Translations under genes and position numbers: made by a program
Notes under the pieces: generated by a model
Database searches by the model: none
What the model was told of the DNA's origin: nothing
The model's input: the letters and a program-made list of their open reading frames with translations, nothing else
Part shown: in pieces, positions 7,908 to 17,866 of the stretch
Position numbering within the stretch: the first letter of the stretch is position 1
How the letters are laid out: every line of letters begins with the position of its first letter
NCBI GenBank assembly: GCA_024233085.1
Contig: JACKQC010000020.1
Location: 35,884 to 99,883, forward strand
Origin: Akkermansiaceae bacterium
GTDB lineage: Bacteria > Verrucomicrobiota > Verrucomicrobiia > Verrucomicrobiales > DEV007
DNA: 64,000 nucleotides
Reading direction: 5' to 3'

Positions 7908-10049
7908 ATGTTCTGGCTTCGGCTCGTCTGGTATTCCCTCCCGCTTGGGGTCGCGGCCGCGGCGGTGTGGCTGACGCTCCAGGCCCGCGAGTTCGAATAC
8001 CGCGCCGATTCGGACCTGGTGCTGCTGATCCCGGAGCGCCCGGCGGCCTTCAATCCCCTCGCGCCGTCGGAGGGCGCGGCGCGCGACGTGACGGAACTGA
8101 TCTACGACCGCATGATGCGCCGCGACGACGAGCTGATTCTCCGGCCGAACCTGCTCAAGTCGCTCGAATACCGCCGGCGCACGACCTTTTATTTCACCGG
8201 CGAAAAGGAGGCCGAAAAAGCCGCCGCGAAAATCGAGTCCTCCAAAACTGAATGGGCCGCCTGGGGCCTGGCCGACGCGGTGCGCGAGGGCGCCCTGATC
8301 CACATCTCCCAGACGCTGCCCCAGCCGGAGGCGCCGGACCGGGTGGCCGAGGGCTTCGACCCGAAGGGCCTGGCGAAGCTGCTGCGCGTGCGCCTGACCC
8401 TGAAAGGCGCGGTGAAACCCTCGCTCCAGAGCTTTCTCGGCGGCTCGATCGAGAAAGGCCAGATCCAGCACACCCGCTACGACGGCGACCGGGTGGCCGA
8501 CCTGTTCCTGCTCGGCGACACGGACCTCTTCCTGAAGGAGTTCGAGCTTTACTACCGGTCGAATCCGAATCTCGAGCCCCTCATCGAGGTCGCCGAGACG
8601 ACCTCGCGCATTTCGACGCTGGAAATGACGCTCGAACTGCGGGACGACGTCGTCTGGCACGACGGCGAGGCCTTCACCGCCGACGATGTGCTTTTCACCT
8701 ACGAGGAAGTCACGCGCCCGGCCGCGATGTCGCCGCTGAAGGAGGGTTTCGCGTCCATCGCCCGGCTGGAGAAGGCCGGCGAATACACTCTGCGGGCCGA
8801 TTGCCGCGAATACTACGCCCCCATGGCCGAGGCGTGGGAGGCGCTGGCGCCGCTGCCCGAGCACCGGCTGAAGACCGCGGTCAGCCCGGCGGACTGGGCC
8901 GCGTTTTTCGCCGCGCCGGTTGGCACGGGACCCTTCGCCCTCGACCCGGAGGCCTCCGCCGCCTCCGGCAAGGACGAGCTGGTTCTGCGGCCGAACGAAG
9001 CCTACTTCCGCGGAAAACCGCTCCAACCCCGCCTGCGCTACCGCGTCATCGCCGATCCCGAGCGCCGCCTGCTGGCCTCGCGGCTGGGAAACATCGACGG
9101 CTGTCTCCCGCTCGGCCGCGAGCCCCTGCCCGATCTGGGGCCGGCCTTCGTCGCGGCGTCCGATGTGGCGCGTTACCACACCTTCGTGGCGTGGAACCTC
9201 GACCGCGAGCTTTTCCAGGACAGCCGCGCGCGCCAGGCCCTCGCCTGGCTGGCGGACGTGCCGAAGGTCCTCGCCGACGCCGCCTCCGGCCCGGAACCGC
9301 TCGCCGGCTGTCGCGGCCTGTTTTTTCCCGACAGCCATTTCTGCCAGGCCGTGCTCCCGGCGATTCCCCACGACCGCGAAGCCGCCGAGCGCGCCCTGAC
9401 CGACGCCGGCTGGAAGCGCCGGGGCGGCGCCTGGCAGTATCCCGAGGGAAAAGCGGCGGCCTTCCGCCTCGCCTACGACCGCGCGAACCGGCAGCACAGT
9501 CGCCTCGCCGAGGCGCTCGCCGCGCACTGGCGCGAGGCCGGCATCGACGTCGCGCTGGAGGGGCTCGACTGGGCCCAACTCATCGAGAAACGCCTCGCTC
9601 CCCGCGAGTTCGACGCCGCGCTGCTGGAGTGGGAACTCGGCTTTGGCCGCGACCAGTTCGCCGTGTGGCATTCCTCCCGGGCCGGGCCGGGTGGCGCGAA
9701 TTTCTCCGGCCTGCGCAACGCCGTGGTCGACGATCTGCTGGTCAAACTGCGCGCCACCGAAGTCGAGGACGAGATTCGCCGGCACGCCGAGGCGCTCCAG
9801 GCCCAGATCCACGAGCTGCAACCCTGCCTGTTCCTGTGCGAGACGGGCGGCGCCATGCTTTTCCGGGCCGACGCCGTGAAACAGTCCCGGCCCAAAACCG
9901 CGGGCGCGCGAAGTTTCGACGCCGTCTCCACCGGACGCGCCGGACTTTACGCCGGGCGCCCGTGGTGGGTCCGCGACACCGCGGAAACCCGCCGCCTCCT
10001 CGAGGAGGAGACCGCGCCCGCCGCTCTCGCCGCGCCGCCGAATTCCTGA
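7908..10049 (+). CDS. ABC transporter substrate-binding protein, family 5 (peptide/nickel type), N-terminally anchored
   Basis: Internal ATG of ORF 7542..10049 gives MFWLRLVWYSLPLGVAAAAVWL. Family-5-like stretches include VWHDGEAFTADDVLFTY and LVLRPNEAYFRGKP. Two permease genes and an ATPase gene follow. Confidence 0.7.
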   Translation: MFWLRLVWYSLPLGVAAAAVWLTLQAREFEYRADSDLVLLIPERPAAFNPLAPSEGAARDVTELIYDRMMRRDDELILRPNLLKSLEYRRRTTFYFTGEKEAEKAAAKIESSKTEWAAWGLADAVREGALIHISQTLPQPEAPDRVAEGFDPKGLAKLLRVRLTLKGAVKPSLQSFLGGSIEKGQIQHTRYDGDRVADLFLLGDTDLFLKEFELYYRSNPNLEPLIEVAETTSRISTLEMTLELRDDVVWHDGEAFTADDVLFTYEEVTRPAAMSPLKEGFASIARLEKAGEYTLRADCREYYAPMAEAWEALAPLPEHRLKTAVSPADWAAFFAAPVGTGPFALDPEASAASGKDELVLRPNEAYFRGKPLQPRLRYRVIADPERRLLASRLGNIDGCLPLGREPLPDLGPAFVAASDVARYHTFVAWNLDRELFQDSRARQALAWLADVPKVLADAASGPEPLAGCRGLFFPDSHFCQAVLPAIPHDREAAERALTDAGWKRRGGAWQYPEGKAAAFRLAYDRANRQHSRLAEALAAHWREAGIDVALEGLDWAQLIEKRLAPREFDAALLEWELGFGRDQFAVWHSSRAGPGGANFSGLRNAVVDDLLVKLRATEVEDEIRRHAEALQAQIHELQPCLFLCETGGAMLFRADAVKQSRPKTAGARSFDAVSTGRAGLYAGRPWWVRDTAETRRLLEEETAPAALAAPPNS

Positions 10050-10087
10050 CCGCCGATTTCTTTTTTGTCCGCTTCTCCCCACCGCCC

Positions 10088-11050
10088 ATGCCGTCCGCCA
10101 TCGTCCGAGGAGTCCTGCGCCTGATCGTCCGGTTGATCCTGACCGCGGTGGTCTTGCTGGCGGCGGTGCAGCTCTCGCTGATGCTGGCGCGCGGGCAGGG
10201 CGGCGGCGAGGCGGCCGGGGCCGACGCGCTCGAGGTGGCGCGGGCGATCCCGGCGGGCGAGGTGCCGCCCGGGCTCTCGATTCTGGAGAACGGCGGCGGC
10301 AACGCCAAACCGGCGAGCTGGATCGACGAGGCCCTCGCGCGCGCGCCCGGGTCGCTGCGGATTTTCGGTCTGGCGGTGTTGGCCGCCCTGGCGACCGGTC
10401 CCGCCCTGGGCACGCTGGCCGGGCGCCACCGCCGCCTCGGCTTGGCGCTGGAGGGACTGCTGAGCCCGCTGTTCGCCGCCGTGTGGCTGCCGGCTTTCTG
10501 GGGAGCCTGTCTCGTCGCCTGGGTCCAGGTCGCGTGGTGGGGGCATCCCGGCTTCGCCGACGCGCCGGGGGCGATCAACGACGCCCGCGGCCTCGAGCCC
10601 TGGTGGCGCGCGCTGCCGCCGGCCGTCCTCGTGACGCTGAGCATGCTGGGCTGGCAGGTCCGCGCCGTGTCCGGCGGGCTGAAGCGCGCCGCCCGGGCCG
10701 GGCACGTCCGCGCCGCCCACGCCCAGGGGCTGGCGGGAGCGGGACTGTTTTACCGCCATGTCTTTCGCAACGCCCTCGAGGCACCGGCCCGCTGCCTCGA
10801 CCGTTCCCTGCCCGCCATGCTCGGCACGCAGATCCTCGTCGAGTGGGTGCTGCGCTTTCCCGGCCTCGGGACGCTGCTGGTCGACTCGGCGCGCGAGGCG
10901 CAGTTTCCCGGCATGCTCGTCGCGGGCGCCCTGCTGGCCGCGCCGTCGCCGGTCTTTCGGTTTCTCGGCGAAATGCTCCACGCCGCCACCGACCTGCGCG
11001 CGCGCCGGCCGGCCGCCCTCGCCCCCGACCCTGTTGGCTCCCTGACCTAA
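10088..11050 (+). CDS. ABC transporter permease (DppB/OppB-like)
   Basis: ATG at 10088 in the frame of ORF 8252..11050. Multiple hydrophobic spans. Operon context supports the call. The last ~8 codons and the stop lie inside REP units. Confidence 0.65.
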   Translation: MPSAIVRGVLRLIVRLILTAVVLLAAVQLSLMLARGQGGGEAAGADALEVARAIPAGEVPPGLSILENGGGNAKPASWIDEALARAPGSLRIFGLAVLAALATGPALGTLAGRHRRLGLALEGLLSPLFAAVWLPAFWGACLVAWVQVAWWGHPGFADAPGAINDARGLEPWWRALPPAVLVTLSMLGWQVRAVSGGLKRAARAGHVRAAHAQGLAGAGLFYRHVFRNALEAPARCLDRSLPAMLGTQILVEWVLRFPGLGTLLVDSAREAQFPGMLVAGALLAAPSPVFRFLGEMLHAATDLRARRPAALAPDPVGSLT

Positions 11051-11086
11051 CCCTGTTGGGTCCGCCACTCAACCCTGTTCGATCCG
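11027..11086. repeat. REP-like hairpin cluster (3 units)
   Basis: GACCCTGTTGGCTC, CTAACCCTGTTGGGTC and CTCAACCCTGTTCGATC, between the two permease genes. Confidence 0.7.
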
Positions 11087-11983
11087 ATGCCGAAATCCGC
11101 CAAGCGCCAGAATCGCCGCCGCCCCCGACTGCGGCGGGCGGCCGGTCGCGCCGCCGGGCGACTCTGGCTGGGCTGGGATCCCTACCTGCTGCTCGGCTGT
11201 TACGCGCTGGTCTTCGGCCTCCTGGGCGCGGCCCACATCCTGCTGCCCTCCGCCAAGGCCGCGGCCGACGGCGCCCGCGCCTGGCTGGCGCCGAATGTCT
11301 CCCACTGGTTCGGTCTCGACGCGGCGGGCAACGATCTGCTGATGCGGTCGCTGCGGGCCGGCGCGGTGTCCCTCTGGATGGCCCTGCTGGCCACGCTGGC
11401 CGGCGGAGCCGCCGGGCTCGCCGCCGCGGCCGCCGTCGCCCTGGGCGGGCGCGACCGCGGCTACCGCCTGCTCGCGAAACTGTGCGACCTGCCCGCGCTG
11501 GCGCCGGGGCTGATCCTGCTTTTCATCCTGTCCGCCGGCGCCGGCCAGGGTTTCTGGATATCCGTCGCCCTGCTCGCGCCCTTCGTCGCCGTTTTCGCGG
11601 CGGGCCGGGCCGCGGCCTGGTTTTTCGACTGGGAAATCGCCGGCGACGTCCTCGCCGCCCGGACGCTGGGCTACTCCCGCGCGCGGCTGGTGTGGGAGCA
11701 TTACGTGCCGCGTCTCTGGCCCCGGGTCACGGCCCTGGCGGCGGGAATCCTGCCGGCGGTGTTGCTGGCGCAGGCGGGCCTGAGCTTTTCGGGCTTCGGC
11801 GCGGGGGCGGAGGCGCCGGATCTCGGGCGCGTCGTGGCCGAGGGGCGCGCGCACCTTTTCGAGGCGCCCTGGGTGGCCTTTTGCCCCGGGCTGATGTTGT
11901 GGACATTCACCCTGATGCTCGCGATGCTGGGCTGGGCGGTGCGCCGCACGGCGGGCGAGCCGGTCGTCGAGCGTGTCTTTTAA
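11087..11983 (+). CDS. ABC transporter permease (DppC/OppC-like)
   Basis: 298 aa, polytopic hydrophobic protein in the operon. Confidence 0.7.
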   Translation: MPKSAKRQNRRRPRLRRAAGRAAGRLWLGWDPYLLLGCYALVFGLLGAAHILLPSAKAAADGARAWLAPNVSHWFGLDAAGNDLLMRSLRAGAVSLWMALLATLAGGAAGLAAAAAVALGGRDRGYRLLAKLCDLPALAPGLILLFILSAGAGQGFWISVALLAPFVAVFAAGRAAAWFFDWEIAGDVLAARTLGYSRARLVWEHYVPRLWPRVTALAAGILPAVLLAQAGLSFSGFGAGAEAPDLGRVVAEGRAHLFEAPWVAFCPGLMLWTFTLMLAMLGWAVRRTAGEPVVERVF

Positions 11984-12016
11984 AGAACGAGAAGCCTCTC
12001 CTTTTTTCCGGTCCCC

Positions 12017-12967
12017 TTGAAAAAAACCCGCCCCAAACCCGGTCTCGGCGAGACGCTCGGCAAGGCGCCGCCCCTGCTGGAAGTCGCCGGCGTCACCATC
12101 GACTACCCGCGAAAGGGCGGCGCGGAGCCGGTGCTCGGCGCGCGGAACGTCTCCTTCTGGCTCGACCCGGGCGAGGTGATGGCGCTGGTCGGCGCCACCG
12201 GCAGCGGCAAGACCACCCTGACCCGCGCCCTCGGCGGTCTGCTGCCGCGCCGGGCCCGCGTCCTCGGCGGCACGGCGGTGCTCTCGCCCGGCATCAACCC
12301 CGACGGCCGCCACCGGCCCGTCGATCTGCTCGCCGCCCCGGCCCGGCAGATGCGCCTGCTGCGCCGCGAGCGCCTCGCCTACCTGACGCGGGAGTTTTCC
12401 ACCCAGCTCAACCCGCTGCTGACCATCCGCCGCCACATCCGCGAGGCCGTGCGGCTCGGGCGGCGATCTATCGAGTTCGCCGCCGAGGCCGCCTGGATGC
12501 CGGTGCTCTACGATGTGGGGCTCGTCGAGCCCGAGACGCTGCTCGACCGCTTTCCCGCCCAGGTGCCCGGCATCGCCCTGCAGCGCCTGCTCGTCGCCAT
12601 GGCCCTGATGCGCGGCGTGGAAATCCTGATCGCCGACGAGCCGACCTCCTCGCTCGACGCCGCGGCCGGGGCGCAGTTTCTCCGCCTGCTCGACGACCTG
12701 CGAAAACGCCACCGGCTCGCCATTTTGTTCGTGACCCATTCCTTCGGCGCTGTGCGCGGTTTCGCCGACCGCGTCGCGGTGCTCTTCGAGGGCGGGGTGA
12801 TCGAGACCGGCCTCGCCGACCAGGTGCTCAATCGCCCGAAGTCCGACTACACCCGCGCCCTGCTCGACTGCGTGCCCCGGCTCGGCGAAAAACGCGCCCG
12901 CCTCGGCGAAGTCGATCGCGTCGCCGCCCGCGATGCCGCCGCCCGCGTCGGTGCCGTCGAGGCCTGA
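12017..12967 (+). CDS. ABC transporter ATP-binding protein
   Basis: Walker A GATGSGKTT and Walker B ILIADEPTSSLD. TTG start as given in the track. Confidence 0.8.
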   Translation: MKKTRPKPGLGETLGKAPPLLEVAGVTIDYPRKGGAEPVLGARNVSFWLDPGEVMALVGATGSGKTTLTRALGGLLPRRARVLGGTAVLSPGINPDGRHRPVDLLAAPARQMRLLRRERLAYLTREFSTQLNPLLTIRRHIREAVRLGRRSIEFAAEAAWMPVLYDVGLVEPETLLDRFPAQVPGIALQRLLVAMALMRGVEILIADEPTSSLDAAAGAQFLRLLDDLRKRHRLAILFVTHSFGAVRGFADRVAVLFEGGVIETGLADQVLNRPKSDYTRALLDCVPRLGEKRARLGEVDRVAARDAAARVGAVEA

Positions 12968-13028
12968 GCGCCGCTCCGAACCGGCTCCCCGCTTGCACTT
13001 TCGGCGATTCCGGAGAACTTGCCGCAAC

Positions 13029-14576
13029 ATGTCCGGAACAAAGAAACCTGTCGTTCTCATCATTCGCGACGGCTGGGGCGACAACCCCGGCGGCGACGCC
13101 GCCGCCCGCCAGAACGGCGACGCCCCCCGCCTGGCGAACACGCCATTTCACGACCGCCTCTACGCCGAGTATCCCGTCAGCCACATCAGCGGCAGCGGCG
13201 CCGATGTCGGCCTGCCCGACGGCCAGATGGGCAATTCCGAAGTCGGCCACCTCAACCTCGGCGCCGGCCGCATCGTTTACCAGGACCTCACCCGCATCAA
13301 CAAAGCCGTCGAGTCCGACGCTCTCGCCAAGAGCGAGATTCTCCAGGAAGCCTTCGAAAAAGCCGCCGGCGCCCGGCTTCACCTCATCGGTCTGGTCTCC
13401 GACGGCGGCGTGCACAGCCACCAGGATCACCTCGTCGCCCTCGCCCGCACCGCCCGCGACGCCGGCGTGACCGACATCATGGTCCACGCCATCACCGACG
13501 GCCGCGACACCTCCCCGACCGGCGGCGAGAAATACCTCGGCTACTGCGAGGACAAGCTCGCCGAAGCCGGCGCCCGCATCGTCACCGTCATCGGCCGCTA
13601 TTACGCCATGGACCGCGACAAGCGCTGGGAACGCACCAAGCTCGCCTGGGACGCCATCGTCCACGGCAAGGGCGAAAAATCCGAGGTCCTCGCCTCCGAG
13701 GCCGTCCACGCCTGTTACCAGGCCCAGAAAACCGACGAGTTCCTCCTGCCCATCATCTTCGACTCCCACGAGGAGGACCGCGTCCGCGACGGCGACGTCG
13801 TCCTGTTTTTCAACTTCCGCGCCGACCGCGCCCGCCAGCTCAGCCAGGCCTTCCTTTACCGCGACTTCAACGGCTTCGCCCGCGGCAGCACCCCGAAGGT
13901 CCACTACGTCACCCTCACGGAGTACGACGAAAACTACGACTGCCCCGTCGTCTTCCCCACCGAGACCCTCGACGACGTGCTCGGCAAGGTCGTCGCCGAC
14001 GCCGGCAAGAAACAGCTCCGCATCGCCGAGACCGAGAAATACCCGCACGTCAGCTTTTTCTTCAACGGCGGCGTCGAGGAACCCTTCGAAGGCGAGGACC
14101 GCGAGCTGCTCCAGTCCCCCAAGGACGTCGCCACCTACGACCTGAAGCCCGAAATGAGCGCCGAGGCCGTCACGCAAACCCTGCTCGCCCGGCTGCCCGA
14201 CTACGACCTGGTGATCCTGAACTTCGCCAATCCCGACATGGTCGGCCATACCGGCGTGCTGGAGGCCGCCATCCAGGCCGTCGAAGTCATCGACGACTGC
14301 GTGCGCCGCGTTGTCGAAAAGACGCTCGAACTCGGCGGCGCCCTGCTCATCACCGCCGACCACGGCAACTGCGAGCAGATGATCAATCCCGACGGTTCCC
14401 CGCACACCGCCCACACCACGAACCTGGTCCATCTCGTCTACGTCGCCGCCGACGCCGCCGACTATCGGTTGGAGGACGGCATTCTCGCCGACATCGCCCC
14501 GACCCTGCTCGAGCTGATGGGCGTCGAAAAGCCGGCCGCCATGACCGGCTCCAGCCGCCTGAAGGCGAAAAAGTAA
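13029..14576 (+). CDS. gpmI: 2,3-bisphosphoglycerate-independent phosphoglycerate mutase
   Basis: Internal ATG of ORF 12933..14576. MSGTKKPVVLIIRDGWG..., GQMGNSEVGHLNLGAGR and ITADHGNCE are conserved iPGM motifs. Confidence 0.9.
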   Translation: MSGTKKPVVLIIRDGWGDNPGGDAAARQNGDAPRLANTPFHDRLYAEYPVSHISGSGADVGLPDGQMGNSEVGHLNLGAGRIVYQDLTRINKAVESDALAKSEILQEAFEKAAGARLHLIGLVSDGGVHSHQDHLVALARTARDAGVTDIMVHAITDGRDTSPTGGEKYLGYCEDKLAEAGARIVTVIGRYYAMDRDKRWERTKLAWDAIVHGKGEKSEVLASEAVHACYQAQKTDEFLLPIIFDSHEEDRVRDGDVVLFFNFRADRARQLSQAFLYRDFNGFARGSTPKVHYVTLTEYDENYDCPVVFPTETLDDVLGKVVADAGKKQLRIAETEKYPHVSFFFNGGVEEPFEGEDRELLQSPKDVATYDLKPEMSAEAVTQTLLARLPDYDLVILNFANPDMVGHTGVLEAAIQAVEVIDDCVRRVVEKTLELGGALLITADHGNCEQMINPDGSPHTAHTTNLVHLVYVAADAADYRLEDGILADIAPTLLELMGVEKPAAMTGSSRLKAKK

Positions 14577-14629
14577 TCCTTCCCGTTCGCGGCCACCTTC
14601 CCAGGTCGAGGGAAAACTTGCGTCCGTTT

Positions 14630-14761
14630 GCGGTTCAAAAAGACCGCCGCCCTTTCAAGGAGCGGCGGTATGATACCGCCGGCGGAGCCCCGGCCTCCGC
14701 GGACAGGCGCGGGCGGTATCATACCGCCCCTCCCTGAAAGCCTCACCGTCGCGGTTCAAAA
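14630..14761. repeat. Composite element: two mutually inverted hairpins bracketed by direct repeats
   Basis: Hairpins GGCGGTATGATACCGCC (14664..14680) and GGCGGTATCATACCGCC (14712..14728). Flanking direct repeats GCGGTTCAAAA at 14630 and 14751. The element lies 3' of gpmI. Confidence 0.6.
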
Positions 14762-14980
14762 CGGGGGATAACCAAGCCGGAGTGCGCCATGCGAGGCGCC
14801 ATTTGGGTTTGGAGACCACCAAAGGCGAGGCCGGGCACCGCCGCCGGAGGGGGATGGCGACAAAATTTGACCCGAAGAAAAAAGAGGGAACTCTCGAAAA
14901 AAAGAACGACGATGCGCCTGCAGACACCTCGGCAAGCTGGAATCCGGCAAATGCCGCATTCTGACAAACTCCGCGCTCCG

Positions 14981-16201
14981 ATGAAGACGATTCCGTTTCC
15001 ACGATTTTTCGGCCCGATCGCCTGGCTGGCGGCGATTTTTTCATCCGGCGCGACTCTGGCGCAGGAGAAGAAGGTCGATATCACCGAAAACCAACTCGCG
15101 CAGTGGCTGGAGCGTTTTCCGGACGCGGACACCGACGGCGACGGAAAACTTTCGCTGGCGGAGGCGGACGCCTACCGGAAGAAGCTCGGGATCGGCGAGC
15201 CGGGGAAGCGGGGCGGGGCACCGAAGACTTTCGCGGTCGATCCGGGCTGGGAGGGGCCGGAATTTCCCGAAAAGGCCGTCTTTCGCCTGTCGCCGGAAGG
15301 GATCAAGGCGGCAAACGGGGGCGAGGCGCGGGCCTTTCCGAAGCCGGCGGACGGGGTGCTGCGCGTGGTGGGGACGGGCCACAGCTTCATGGCGCCGGGC
15401 TACAAGACGCTGCCGGCGATCTGCCGGTCGGCGGGCTTCGAGCAGCCGCTCCACACGCACACCGGCGGCGGGGTGACGGGCAGCGCGCGCTACAAATGGG
15501 AGGAGGAAAACGGAATCTTCCAGTTCGATGGCCGGCCGAAGCCGGTCCTGCTCTCGGCCATCGCCAACGCGGATTGGGAGGCCATGATCTGGGGACCGTA
15601 TTACCAGGACAGACCGGCCTATTACGAGTGCTGGATCGACTTTTGTCTGAAGTATCACCCCGGCATGAAATTCTATCTCTCGGACGCGTGGCCGCAGGTC
15701 GAGCAACTCGGCGAGATCCCCCGGAACGAGGAGGTCCTGACGGCGGAAACCGTGGCCCGGCTGGGCCGGGAAAAGAACGCGCAGTATGGCACGCTGATCG
15801 AGACGCTGAATGCGAAGTATCCGGGCAAGGTCTTCGTGCTGCCCACCAGCGACGCGCTGGTGCTGGCGGTGGAGCGGTTCCACCGGGGCGAACTCGAGGG
15901 GGTGGAGGGGATCAACCGCGCGATCGGCAAAAAGGAACGCTCGATCTGGCGGGATCAGCTCGGGCATCTCGGCCCGGGCTTCGAGTGGCTGGAGGGATAT
16001 GTGTTTTACGCGACGCTCTACGCGAAATCGCCGGAACTGATCGCGGAGGACATCGCGCCGTCGGTGAAGCAGGCGGGTGGTTTCCCGGGGCGCGCGCTGG
16101 ACAAGGTCTTTCGCCAGATTGCGTGGCAGGCGGTGATTCATCATCCGCTGAGCGGGGTGCGGGACGCGGATGGGGATGGCGTGGGCGACGCTTTGCCGTG
16201 A
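14981..16201 (+). CDS. Secreted hypothetical protein with N-terminal EF-hand-like loop
   Basis: Internal ATG of ORF 14789..16201 gives the signal MKTIPFPRFFGPIAWLAAIFSSGATLA. DTDGDGKLSLAE fits a 12-residue EF-hand loop. The rest is unassigned. Confidence 0.5.
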   Translation: MKTIPFPRFFGPIAWLAAIFSSGATLAQEKKVDITENQLAQWLERFPDADTDGDGKLSLAEADAYRKKLGIGEPGKRGGAPKTFAVDPGWEGPEFPEKAVFRLSPEGIKAANGGEARAFPKPADGVLRVVGTGHSFMAPGYKTLPAICRSAGFEQPLHTHTGGGVTGSARYKWEEENGIFQFDGRPKPVLLSAIANADWEAMIWGPYYQDRPAYYECWIDFCLKYHPGMKFYLSDAWPQVEQLGEIPRNEEVLTAETVARLGREKNAQYGTLIETLNAKYPGKVFVLPTSDALVLAVERFHRGELEGVEGINRAIGKKERSIWRDQLGHLGPGFEWLEGYVFYATLYAKSPELIAEDIAPSVKQAGGFPGRALDKVFRQIAWQAVIHHPLSGVRDADGDGVGDALP

Positions 16202-16292
16202 AGGTCGGCGGGGTGGGGGAGGCGGACGAATTTTCGGGTATTCGGGGATTGACTTCCGGGCGGGCGTAAACAATTTGAGGGGTCGAAACAGT

Positions 16293-16367
<75 letters not shown>

Positions 16368-16772
16368 GAAAAGACCGCAAGAATTCGCGGTTTCATAATT
16401 TTCAGAATCTCTTCGAAAACGTTTTGGGGTGGAGCGCGTGGGAGCGGAGAATTTCTTGAAAATTTCTTCTGAAATCCGGTTGCGGGGATGGGGGCACTGA
16501 CTATATTCCCGCCCCTCGCCGCTGGGGGAGTCGAGTGATCGGTCTTTCTGGCGTCGGCTTTGACCCTCTCTCACGAGCCCCGTGAGGAACGCGGAGCGCG
16601 AGCAAACCCCAAAACCCGGGGATGGCGCGTGTCCGAATTCGGGTCGGAAAAACCAAAGTGTGAGAGAATTTTATCGTTTTGTGAAGAATTTGTCCCCGGG
16701 CGTGACGGCCTCTTGACCGAAGCGGTCACTTCCGGGAAAACCCTGAAACTTTCAGCCAGACGGAGAAGCGTT

Positions 16773-17156
16773 ATGCCAACCATCAACCAGCTCGTTCGCA
16801 AAGGCCGGCAGGACAAGCCGTTCAAGTCGAAGTCCCCGGCTTTGGATTCCTGTCCGCAGCGCCGCGGGGTGTGCCTGCAGGTGTACACCCGCACGCCGAA
16901 GAAGCCGAACTCCGCCCTCCGAAAGGTCGCCAAAGTCCGCCTGACCAACGGCGAGGAAGTCATCGCCTACATCGGTGGTGAGGGCCACAATTTGCAGGAA
17001 CACTCCATCGTGCTGGTGCGCGGCGGACGTGTGAAAGACCTTCCGGGGGTGCGCTACCACGTGGTGCGCGGCGCCCTCGACACGCTGGGCGTCGACAAGC
17101 GGCGCCAGGGCCGTTCCAAATACGGCGCGAAACGACCTAAGCAGAAGGCCGGCTGA
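16773..17156 (+). CDS. rpsL: 30S ribosomal protein S12
   Basis: [12 protein letters not shown]...[19 protein letters not shown]... Confidence 0.95.
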   Translation: MPTINQLVRKGRQDKPFKSKSPALDSCPQRRGVCLQVYTRTPKKPNSALRKVAKVRLTNGEEVIAYIGGEGHNLQEHSIVLVRGGRVKDLPGVRYHVVRGALDTLGVDKRRQGRSKYGAKRPKQKAG

Positions 17157-17265
17157 CGGCTCGGTCCGGCGGGTGGGCGAATCTGAAAGACGGCCCCCGC
17201 TCCCGAGTTCCGAAACCGGTCTTCCGCGGCGATACGAATGATTTAGCCAGACTGAATACAATCCT

Positions 17266-17739
17266 ATGTCCCGTAGAAAAAGAGTCTTTGAAAAGCCGGA
17301 GATCACCGATCCCCGTTACGACAGCCTGTTGGTGGCGCGTCTCGTCGCCAAGGTCATGGGCCGGGGCAAGAAGTCCCTCGCCGAGCGCATTGTCTATGCC
17401 GCCATCGACCGCGCCAACGAAGGGTCCGAATCGGTCGATCCGCTGGAGATCCTGAACCGCGCGGTGGAGAACGCCAAGCCGCGCGTCGAGGTGAAGAGCC
17501 GCCGCGTGGGTGGCGCGACCTATCAGGTGCCGCTGGAGGTGGCGCCCGATCGCCAGGAATCGCTGGCGATGCGCTGGCTGGTCAACGCGGCCCGCAACCG
17601 CAAGGGCACGCCGATGCACGTGGCGCTGGCCAACGAGATTCGCGACGCGAGTTCCAACCAGGGAAGCGTGGTCCGGAAGCGCGACGAAACGCACAAGATG
17701 GCCCAGGCCAACCGCGCTTTCGCCCACTTCCGCTGGTAA
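17266..17739 (+). CDS. rpsG: 30S ribosomal protein S7
   Basis: 157 aa, ...[11 protein letters not shown]...[10 protein letters not shown]. Confidence 0.95.
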   Translation: MSRRKRVFEKPEITDPRYDSLLVARLVAKVMGRGKKSLAERIVYAAIDRANEGSESVDPLEILNRAVENAKPRVEVKSRRVGGATYQVPLEVAPDRQESLAMRWLVNAARNRKGTPMHVALANEIRDASSNQGSVVRKRDETHKMAQANRAFAHFRW

Positions 17740-17866
17740 CTCCGACCGATTTGACGCGGCTCGCGGGCCGCCGACGGATGGAAGCCCGGCTTCCTCCTCT
17801 CCGGCGAGTCCCTCCGAGTCCGGTAACCTTGATTTCAACGCCTTTACCTTTCTTTCACTCAATCCC

